Below are positions 23,201-35,200 of a DNA stretch of 64,000 nucleotides, one piece after another. Numbering within the stretch: the first letter of the stretch is position 1; the number at the start of each line of letters is the position of its first letter. Position numbers and translations under genes: made by a program. Origin of the DNA: Ophelia neglecta (taxonomy: Eukaryota); NCBI GenBank assembly GCA_965285935.1, contig OZ260665.1, forward strand, positions 63,922,001 through 63,986,000, read 5' to 3'. Below the pieces are notes generated by a model. That model saw nothing but the letters and a program-made list of their open reading frames with translations. It did not search any database and was not told where the DNA came from.

Positions 23201-26200
23201 GCATGCATGAGTTGGCCGAGTTGGCTCACTTACCGTGCTGAAAAGGTATTTAGCATTAACCAGAGCCACTCCACACACTTGGAGTGCTTCTGATCTGGGT
23301 TCATCCCCTACTTAATAAACAGAGGTTTATATATTGTGCATGCATGGTGCCGACTGGCATACATATAATGTCAGTGATAGGCAGTCTGTTGGATATTGGC
23401 TGGCTCCACCTGAGTGAAAGCATGTATATAAGCAGTAGGTCCACAGGTTTATTTCACAGACGTGTTGGGTATTTTTTATAGGAAAAGGAATATCATTTCC
23501 ATATAGATACATCTTATAGAAAACGGCCACAGTGCTATGTGATTGGGGGGAGTTTTAAATTCAGGTCAGAATGGAATAGAATGAGACTATTATTTGTTCA
23601 CTTTGAACAAATAATTCTATTGAAGTGCCATATACCAACAAATATTTGTATGTTTGACATTGGTATTATTAGAAACGGGATGTTTAAGCTCTTTAGTGTC
23701 ACAAGGCTTGTCATGTCATTGTAGTGGCTTTTTGCAAAGACTACAATGATCTCTCCCAAAAGTCTGAAACTGTGTGGAAATCATGGTGAGAAAATAGTGC
23801 ATTCTTTGTATTAGGATTGAGAATTTTCACAAAGGCAGAGTAAAATGTCATCGTACATTTTGGGTAGAGGATATTTTTCTGGTGAAGATCTGACCCCAGT
23901 ACGAAGGAAGTATGGCTATGTTAAAGCTCCATCAACCTCTAGTCAGTGGACCAAGAGCAATGATACCCGTACAAAGGATAGCAAAGACAAACATATAAAA
24001 CATGGCCGAAGGCATTCAATCAGCAGTCTGAGAGAGCTGGACCTTGGCAGGGAAGGAGCCATATTATCCAAGTCCTATGATAATCTAGCTAATAAGCCTG
24101 CCAACCCCATTCCTAAGCCCTTCAAGGGATATTATAAAAAGTACAACAAAAGGGATCGCTATGGGAAGAACTACAAAATGGAGCCGAAAACAAAAACTCA
24201 GCTGGTGCCGAATGGCTATCATTTGGGACCCAGTGTTGAGCATATAAAACCCAGTAAGGGGAAGGCTCATACTATCCCACGTGAGCTGATGGAATTCTAT
24301 AAAGAAAACACTGTGTGGGAAATCAAACATAAACTAGACAGAGACAGGATATACAACGGGTACCCCCTAAACAACAACCACAATAACAACTACCACCTGC
24401 CCACCGGCAAGTCCCATTCCCTTGACCCTCACCTCTGGAGAACTAACTACAGATCTGATCTGCTGAGAACTAACTACAGATCTGATATTCTCTTTCAGAT
24501 GGACAAAACCAGAACTCCTGCAAGTACTGTAAGTCAATATTTAGAACTATTTACAGTTTTCACTATTGAATATTTGTGTGTATGTTGTACTGTACAAGCA
24601 TGTTTTAGCTGTACCCCAGATATTAAGTATTATAGTTAAGGTTCTGTGTTAATTTAATGATACATATATAAAGTACAGTTTGCTTGTCTTCTTCTACCTT
24701 TGCAATTAGTAAAATGTTTCAATTTATGTTCAATTCAATATGATGGCTTTAAAATCAATATGAAACAATTAAGTGATAATAAATTCAAAAGCTATTGATT
24801 TCTATCTTTTTGTGGGTTGATGAATGCAGAGGTCTGATTATTGATGAAAAGTACAAAAACTTCTATTTAAACATTTAGCATTAAATCAATGTCCAATAGA
24901 ATTACAATTCATCTGGAAATAACCAAAAACTCACGTGATTACAGTCTTATTCAATCATTATAATTGCGGTCAGACTGCTAAGGCAATAGAATATAAGGTG
25001 AATGGCCATGAGCTGACCAATGGGAGTCATGGCTATGATGGCGATGACGATGATGAGGATGAATATCATGATTCCGATAGGGTCGATCAATATGCTATTG
25101 TCAAAGCGCATAAGGTACAACTCCAAAGATACAAAGATCTTATACAATTTACTGACTTTGATTTAGTAAAGCTGCTAGCTTGGAAAATCTACTAATATAA
25201 CATATGAGGGCTGTGGGGATTTGTTGCTACAACTTTTTACCCATTTTTTATCGTTTTTTATTGATACTCATCCAGCTTCTGTTAATGGTGGAGGAAACAT
25301 AGTTTGATCACTGCTCACATAGATAACACCTTGTTTGGCTTCAATATGGACATCCTGGTCATTTTAAGTTTCACCTTTCATGTGACCTTTAAATAATTGG
25401 TGTCCCATAGCTAACAGCTTAAATTATATTATAAGTACCTATAATAATATTACTAACCATGTCTAGTGTGTGGCAGATACTGAAGATTTTGTTCTCAGTA
25501 TTTTATTCTCAATGGGGAAGGGGGAGGTGGGGGGGGGGGGGGGTTGAAGGGAAAAATATCTTTGTTTTGCACCCTACTTTCAGGGCTAGCCTTTGATAGT
25601 TGATCAATCCCTGTTCAACACTGGATCAGCCCTCCAAAAAGAAAAAAAAAACATTGCTGCCCAACCCTTCGTTTAGTGAAATTTTGGAAATATTTACAAA
25701 AGTCTTAACTAAGTTGAGATGTTTTCACTTTGTTCCTGTTTGACCACGAAATGATACAATGATAGGATGCATATTCAGATATTTTTTTTATTCAGCCGGT
25801 TTGAGAAAGGTGAATTTTTTGTTTGTTTCAGTTTAATCAGCTTCAGTGTTTCCCATTTTATTCATGTTTATGTAGAGTAAAATTATTAAAATGCATCTCA
25901 GTTTGTTTATGATATAAACAGTCTTGTGGGTGATTTGAAATCCCTTCATTTTGAAATTAATTTAATTAGACAAATATTTGAACAAATCTAACCTCCCTAC
26001 AGTAGATTTTAGACAATTACTTTTTTTTATTTAATCTTTTCACTTAACATGATACATTCACTGACTTTTACATTTATTTTTGGATTTGTGATAGTGTGTT
26101 TCAATTGCATGATAGAAAAAGGAGTTGTTTTCTTTAATATAGATATTATGTCATTTTTATATTGTACATATAATTTTCTTAATATATTACAATACTTTCA

Positions 26201-29200
26201 AGATGTTAAGCATTAATAGGCAAACAATAAAGAAGAAAATAAAGAAAGCTCATTAATTGATCAATATTTACACTGTTGAAAGTCCTCAACCTGTATGTCA
26301 CTTCCTGCATGAGGACTAATTTGAAAACTAGTCAAGGGATGGAATAAAGGGCAGAGTCAAATCCCTGGAGATGACCTAATTGATGGGGTTGGTAGGGTCT
26401 TCAGTGGCATTGAACTTTCTTCACAGCGTCGGCACATGACTGCCCCATTGCATGATGGCTTCCATTTCGTACCTAGTCTTGGGGCTCTCGACACAGCCCT
26501 TCTTTCCATCCATTAAACACAGTGCCAGTTCTATAAATCGCACTTTTACTGGTATAGTTATTAGTATTTATTTAATTATTTCAGATTGGTAGTGCATCTA
26601 CAATCAATGCTTCATCACCAGGAAAGTATTCTATGCTAGAGTTTGCCATGCTTCACTATAGAGACTCTGCCTTCAGGTAAACTTAAAGGTCTCTCCTTCA
26701 ATGAGAGGAAGCAAATATTAACTATATTGAGTGTAGTATGTCTTTATTATAATTATCTGTTACAAATATCTCAGTTATATTAATTAAGAAGAAGTCAGTA
26801 TTTGTATGATATATTTAAGTTTGGCAAATTTACAGTAAATGGTATAGAAAAATGTTTGTGCCGATTTTCATACATTACAAAATAAAAAAACACCTTTTAC
26901 TTGCTGCCTTAGCAATTTTCGGAGGAGTACATTTGCATAAAATTATTTAAATTTATTTTGATATAAAAATGTGATTGTCATGGCCTTAAATTCCACCAGA
27001 AAAAGACAAAGGGACACAAGCTTCCAAGGTAATTACATGTATACCATGAGACACAGCTTCTTTAATTAAGGAAGCTGTTTTTTTTTTGTTTTTTTTTTAG
27101 TTTAGAACCTGTTTATTTTTCTTTCAAATCTTGGAATCATATGGTCTGAATAGTCACCATTTATCTATTAAAAGATGGATAGCTTGATTATACTTTTAGG
27201 ACATGATGTGGGCAGAAAAGCAATGATGTTGCCATGGTTTCAAAAAACTTAATTATGAAATATTGATTTTAGCACTTGGAAATTTTTACATTTGATACTG
27301 GTAAATAGATCAAGATCAAGCTTTCATCTTGACTTTACCTTTTGTTTGAATGGAATATCACCGTTGGCAATATAATCAATACCTTTTGATTGATAATGTC
27401 TGAGCATTGCCACTCACCTGGGTCCACCGGAAACCCCAATCATGAAAGTCTCCCAAATCCTAGGGTAATAGGGATATAGTGGCTTTAAGCATTGAAAGCA
27501 TGTAGACCCAGAAATAAAAGCTTTGAACTGTGATAGGAACTTCAACCTGGAGAAAGTTAGACATACCATTCATAAATAAGTTCTAATAACAATCACATTT
27601 TTAGAACAAATTCAGTTTATGGAATGAATTAAGCTAAATATTTCTGTTACTACAGGTGCGCTGTGCAGCAATTCATACTATGTCTTTTGCTATGTGTTAA
27701 TTAAGTCACTTCACATTATTCACCTGGGTTGAGTCTCCTGGGTAGTCACCTGGATCTAGTCAACTAAGTCACCTGGGTTGATTCACCTGGGTTGATTCAC
27801 CTGGGTTGAGTCACCTGGGTTGAGTCACCTGGGTTGAGTCACCTGGGTTGAGTCACCTGGGTTGAGTCACCTGGGTTGAGTCACCTGGGTTGTGGGTTGA
27901 GTCACCTGGGTTGAGTCACCTGGGTTGAGTCAACTATGCTGGGTATTGTCTTTTCATATTCTGCATGTTTGTTTTGTTGTTTGTTAAGGGAGCAGTTTCC
28001 AACTGACAATGGCTCCATTGATAGCCACAGGAGCATGATTGGCACGCTAACCAAAAAAACAATCGAAAGCATTCGAGGGAGATCAAGAAAAAACAAAAAG
28101 GGTAAAAAAATACTGGTTTCACTGGTTAATTCAATCAATTGTCATGTCCTACTTCTTCTGCCCTTCACCATTATTCACCTAAAGTTGGATCATTAATTGG
28201 TCATCAACGCTTGGTCAGTGTGTTTTCAGCTGGCTAAGGCTTTTGTGTTTTATTTGTATGTGATATCAATGTACAAATGATCCTTTATGATAGTTACATG
28301 ATGGCTTAAGTTTTGGTACCTTTTTTTCATGTCTGCATTAGCATTTACTGTCTAGTAAATATTTATAAAGTGCCAATATTTAAAGTGCAATCTTACCGAC
28401 TTACTTGAATTTACTCAATGTTATCTACTGTGTCAATATTTGAACTGCAAAAGTTACCAAATTCTCTGATTTTACATAATGTTGTAAGTTGATTGTTTAC
28501 ATCAATCAATTATAATATTAATACCTGCTTTATTGGAGGAAACTAAAAATGGAAATGTTGATATGTGTTAATTAATGGCTTTTTTAGGGAAACAAAGTGA
28601 CTGGACTTGGAAAGATCAAGCTAGAATGGTTAAATGGACAAAAGTGAGTGGTAACATTTTGTGCCATTTTGGCTGTAATTAGTGAGTGGTGCAATCCTAA
28701 TCAATGCACATGCTTTTGAAAGGATTGACAGTGAGTTGATGTGTGCTGTATCAACTAGTGGATGGAACATATACACTCATAGACAAAAAAAAAATTATTC
28801 TGTAAAATATTATGTTTATTATGCAAGTATTGCCATTGAGTGATACATAAAAACACTGTTGCCTTCTGCATTATTTGATTGCATTAAATGTAGCGAGGCA
28901 TGTATAGCTATCACTTTATCATAGCCATGGGTAGTAATTTAATTGAAATATAACAGTATGGTAAACAATCTCTAGTATTGGCATTGCAAAGGAAAACCAA
29001 ATTTTACTGGAGATTGGCAAGAATTAAATGGTTTGTACTGTAGCCCACTTGATAAAGGAGTGGCTGCACTCGCATGGACTAGATTGTGATTGCCTCTAGA
29101 TTAACTTAAAGGTCTCTTCTTTGATGACAGGAAGCAATATGAACTATAAGGAGGGTATTGTGTCTATAGTATAACTATTACAAATATGTCATTTATATAT

Positions 29201-32200
29201 TTAACAAGAAGTCAGTATATTTATGGTATGGCAAATTTACAAAAAAATGTATAGTAATAATGTTTGTTGGATTGCACAGTCCCTGCGTTAATGATAACAT
29301 AACTTGGTACAATAAGGATACTATTAGATTTTGCTTTTTTTTCATGAGCAGGCCAGATTTATGAGGCACTTTAAAGGCATAATAGTGGGTTATTAAAAGG
29401 ACAATAAAGCTGTACACTTTAAAGGCAGCACAATTACAATTATACTCCAAAACCTAAAAATAGATACAAAATATTAACCTTTAAAAATTCTATAATAAGC
29501 TATTTTTGGGTTGCCAATGAAAGTTTCACTTTATCTGTATTGAATACCAAATCATTTTTTTTAGGATCCAATTCAGAACTCCTTGTTGAAATTTGAATCA
29601 CCTAAGATGAACAAACAAGCAGCAGAATGCTTTCTGTGTAAGTAAAGCATTATATACATTTAGTGATAATAAGATTGTTATTACAGACAATTTTCATGTT
29701 ATTAATTAAGGATTTGTTAACTGCATTCTCTGCCACCTTGTATACATGTATTAATGGTCACTTTGATATCTTTGCCCATGCAGCCATAATGCGATACATG
29801 GGAGATTACCCCTTGGACAAAGGTCAGAAGCCCATTGACAGTGTTTACTCCATACTGATGTCCTGCCACAACAACCCCGACCTGGCTGACGAGGTGTACT
29901 GCCAGCTCACCAAACAAACTACTAACAACAGGAGCACCAAACCGTAAGTTCTACTAAACTACAAACTATTAACACTCTGAGTAGACAAAACCAAAAGTAA
30001 GAAAAAACAGACAAGACATTTACTATGTAGTGCCCCAAACTGTTTCTAATGATAGAATGAAACATGAAAGCAACACTGACAGGAGGACTTGATTGCCAAA
30101 GTGTAACACAAATACAAGTTTGGATGGTACCTTTTATCTCAGTCCCCAGTGTTTGTTAGAGCAGCACCAAACAGTCTTCATGTCTTTAAAGAAATAAAAA
30201 TGAAACCAGTTGAATACAATTTTCTATTGGACGTCTCATCCAGAATCCTTGACAATTTGCTGTCTGACTGCCAAAAAGTATGAACTACCAGCAGTCGTAG
30301 CAACAGAGTAAAAGAAATGTCATGTTTGACTGGGCTTAGATAATACCTATAATATCCAAAGTGAATGGGTAGCTACAACTCTTCATAAGTAAAATTTAAT
30401 ATCCAAAGCTAAATTGGTAGCTTCAACTTGGCTTAGATAAAACCTAATTTCCAAATTGAATGGGTGGCTCAAAACTATCAGTCTGAGCATGACTTGCTTA
30501 GAATAAATTGTTTTAAATAATTTATACTATTACAATTGAAATAATGTTTTGGATTAAAGCCGTGTGCAGCATATGAAATAGTTCAGTTTTCCAACAAACA
30601 TAATGCTTGGTATTTACATATTAGTATAGGACTTGGAGCACTTGATTTTCCCTATTATGTTTTGTTCATTGCCTTTCCAGAGAGAGTGAAGTCCAGGGCT
30701 GGAGGCTCCTCTGTATCCTCAGCTCCTATTTTTCATCTTCCAAGGCCCTGCAGCCGTATCTCCTGAAATACCTAGAAACTGCTTACAACAGTGACAGACC
30801 TCACCATGGTAAAGTTCTATGTTTGCAGATTGGTTGTTTAGATAAATACCTTAACCTGCAACTAAGACCTCTAAATTCTAAGGAGTAGGTAAAATATGAT
30901 GAAAGTATCACACATTAATAAAGTTTATTAGACCAAGTCCTCAGCATGCACATGATGTCACCAAATAATGATATTTTATGCATTATACATTAAAACAAGT
31001 TCTGTCTAGGTACAAGATGGATCCTGAAATAGGAATTTTGGCCTGGGCATATCTTAATGCTGCAACAGCTTTTTGATGTACCAAGTCTTTAAAAATTTCA
31101 TGCAGGTGGTCTATGAATATCTGATTTTAGCATTTAATGACATGTTAATCATTCCTTTTTTTTCCAAAATTAATTGAACCATGGCTTCCCAGGCCTGAAT
31201 GGCTTCTTGTAGTCAGACGGCATGTACACAAATGTGTATCAAATTACAACTGACAAACCGGACTTAATAGATTGCACATATAATTGATATTTTCAGCTGC
31301 TGCCCAAACCAGTTTGATTAATTTACGACATACATTCAGATATGGTGGCCGAAAAAATGTGCCAAGCAGAATAGAGCTGGAGGCTCTTACCGTAAGTCTT
31401 CATTTTGTAAATTTGAATCAGTCCCAAGAGTCAGAGATCAACATATAATAACAGGGTACAGGAATTCTTTTTAAAATAAGGGCTCTTCCATTTGAAAAGG
31501 TGTGTGTGTGGGGGGTGGGGGTGGAACTGGCTTTTTTTTGCACCCCCCCCCCCACCAACAGATTTTTTTTTCTTTGGACCCCCCCGACCAAGGTAAAAGG
31601 TTCATTCGTGACCCCCCCCCCCATGTATAGTAATGAAATTTCAAAATATCCCCCCCTCCCCCCAAAGCAAAGAACTTATATTAAAGCATCTTCCAATTCA
31701 GGCTTTAAAATTGAATCTGTGGTCTGCTTTCACAATGCACCTGATCAGGCTGATGAGCTAACCGACTTGCTTCCTACCTCTATAAGTAATTTTATTTATT
31801 AATAGTGCCAGGTTTTGAAAAAACAAGTAAAAAATAAACACCATGGTATAGATGGGTATTAATGCCAATCCAAACAGAAATTAAAACAAAAGGTTGGGCT
31901 ATTTCAGCAGGTCAGGTGCTGCTAAGTTGAGTTTAATAGACAGTAACCTGGTAACTGACAGGCAAACCCTAAACCCAAACATAACCCTTATACATGCAAA
32001 ACAACTGATTTATCTTTAAAGAGCACCCAATACAGCAATATTCAGCAATGAACGTTTTCTCTAAGTTGGTCTGGCCGGTTTAGATACGTCCCTTTAATGT
32101 AATACCTGGTCCCGATCTCTAAATCGGCTCTCACAACATCGTCAGATCATCAGTCTATCAGTCTACCTATCTATAGCCAGTCAGTCAGCAGTCAGTCAGT

Positions 32201-35200
32201 CAGTCAGATCAATGTACTTGTGTACCACGCGCACTTGAATCTAGCCTAGACAGCGTGGTTCCAGTTACCCGACCAACACTAAAAAAATTCCCCGACCCTA
32301 TGGTTTTTACAGCTTTATTCAGAATAAAATGTTGGCCTGCGACCCCCGGTCCTGGCCTGACAAACGCATTTTTTTGTGTTCGGTTTCTTTCTTGTTCTGC
32401 TCTGCCAGAAATAAACTGGTCGTAAAGTTTTCTTCTTTCTCCCGCTATTGTGCCAAGAGCTACATGGCACTTACTTCATCCTGCATCCTCCCCGCACTGT
32501 CGGTATTTGTATGCGGGTACTCCCTGCACAAGCTGGCAGGGGTGTGTGCAAAGAGCTCAACAGCTGGTCGTCGGGAAGAGCAAGGTTCTTTAAATTTCAG
32601 CTCTCCCCCCACCCAACATATTAAATTTAACTATTCACCCCCCACTCTACAGATATTTTTTTGTGGTCCAGGGGTGTAGGAATAGAAAAACAAAATGCTT
32701 CCGTTCCACCCCCCACCCCCACCCCCCGCCCTGATCTTTTCAAATGGATGAGCCCTAATGACATTGTTAAAAATTTAATGAAGAAAAAACTTGTACATGT
32801 TTTCAAGATCTGTGTGATTGTGTTTCAGAGAGGTCGTAACACTAAGAGACAGATGTGTATACTACCTGGGGGTACTCCCATGATGCTCAACATGAGAAGC
32901 AGCAGTGTGAGTATAAACAGTAACCTACAACTGAAGACTACGGCCTTAATGGAAAGAGGTCATCTGATTTTATAAGGATGAAGTCAAGTCAAATTAATTA
33001 AAGAAGAATGGCTGTACAAAATTCCTGTTGCTAAGTGGGACAGATTACAGTATGGCACAGGCTAAATATTCTGTTGTGTAAATAAAAGACAGGTTTTTTT
33101 TTAGTGCTCCAGAAAAACATGTCTACAAAAAGACTATGAAGGGTATTTGATTTGATCTGGTTTGTTATACAGGTTGTTCAAGATGCCATAGAACAAGTGT
33201 GCAGCAAGCTCGGTGTCCAGTCGGCGTCTGAGATGGAAGAGTTCACTATTTTCTATGTGATTGAAACAGGTTGGTTGTGTTTATTCATCTTATTAGGTAT
33301 ATATTTATTTGTTCAGTGGCTTTGATTTCCAAAAGAAAAAAACACCTTTATATTAATATGGGCTTAGCACATTTTTTTATGAATTCATAAATGTGCATTT
33401 GTGACATTCTGGTTAGTATTAAGGTCGATAGGTCTAACCAGATATTTGTCCCTTCATTGTGTATATAATTATTGTCTATTGTCTTATTTGCAGAGAACCG
33501 CTATTGCCCACTACGTAAAGAGGAGTATGTGTTTGACATTACAACTGAGCTGACCAATCAGAAGAAGAACTACTACCTCCTGTTTCAGAGAACCAGCTGG
33601 GTGTTCCCACTTCACCTGAACAGAGATGACCGTTATGTCGATGTCATGTTCAACCAGGTCAGTCTGACATTCTCCACAATGTCTTTGAAAAAAATGTCAG
33701 GATAAAAGGGAAAAACACAGGTTTTAAAAAACACATCGAAACCATAAGGCAGAAAGCACCGGATGTGAACATGTCAAACTATAAGGCAAGTAACACTGGT
33801 TGTGAAAATGTCAAAAACCAAATGACTGAAAACACCGGCTGTGAACTAGTCAAATCAAAAGGAAGAAAGTTTTGGGTTTGAACTTGTCAAAACAAAAAGG
33901 CGGAAAACACTGGTTGAGAACTTGCAAAAGGCGAACAACACTGGGCTTGAACATGTAAAACAAAAATTCAGGAAATGCTGGATTTGAACATGTCAAAACA
34001 AAAAGGCATAACATGGAAGGCAACACTTCCAAGCAAAAAAGGCAGAGTGGATTATACCATGACAAAATTCAAGGCAAATCACAAAAAACACTAATGTGAA
34101 CATGTCAAACAAAAAGCCAAAACATGAGATCAACACAAAATGGCAAAGCACAGGATGCTATTATGACAAAAATAAAACAGTATACATTAAGATAACAAAA
34201 CTAAAAGGCAACACACTGTGTTAACACTTCTAAAATAAAAGGCAAAAAAAACACTGGGTTAACACTTCCAAAATAAAAAGCAGACATGTTTGCAACCCTT
34301 TTTAATTGATGGGGCGTGCATTTCTAAACACCTTGTTTAATATGAAATGAATTTAGGTACATCAATGCCATTTGATAAAATGTGTTGAAATGAAAGCATG
34401 TATGTGTATGACATTTCCGGTTTGTATTCCAGTGTATACCAGACTACTTGGATGGTTACCTGCTGGCAGTTGTATCAAACACACTGCCAGATCACATGAA
34501 GGTAACAATAGAAGTTCTATACTACTAAGACTGATAACCTGTCATAAAAGCACAGATATATCAGAATGCGCTAAGGACACAATTGTCAAGCATTTTTCTT
34601 TTAATTCTATTTAATCAGTTACTAACTATGAAACTCATTATTATTTTGTTGTATAACCTATTTGTTTTGCCTCAGGATGAGATAGCCTATCTAGCAGCAC
34701 TCCAGATTAGATCTTCAGAAAAGCCAGGTGTCATTCAAAAACAGTAGGTTTTAACATATAACTGTTGATAAGAAAATTGTATTGATAAACATTACAAATA
34801 TGCATTACTGAAAAAGAACGCTGTGGTTTATGTGTATCAAAGGCCTGAACAGAGGGTCCATCAGTGTTACTAATTTCCAGTAGAAATATTTAGCCTTGGA
34901 AGAAAAACTGAAGATAAAAATGTATGTTGAAATTAAGACAATTCAAACTGGATGTTAACTGCTTTTCAGAAAAGACGTCCAGTTCTTTATCCCCAGTAAT
35001 GTACAGAACTTGTCTGATATGAAGCCACAGCAGTGGAACAATAAAATCCACCAGTTACTAACAGAAATGCCCCACATGAAACCCACAGAATGCCAAAAAA
35101 AATTCCTTGGTAAGTATTAAGAGTGTTAGGTGTATATCATCAGCTACAATGGTCCTAAAAAATATGTTTAAACTGTAACCACATATTATTATTTCTTCCA

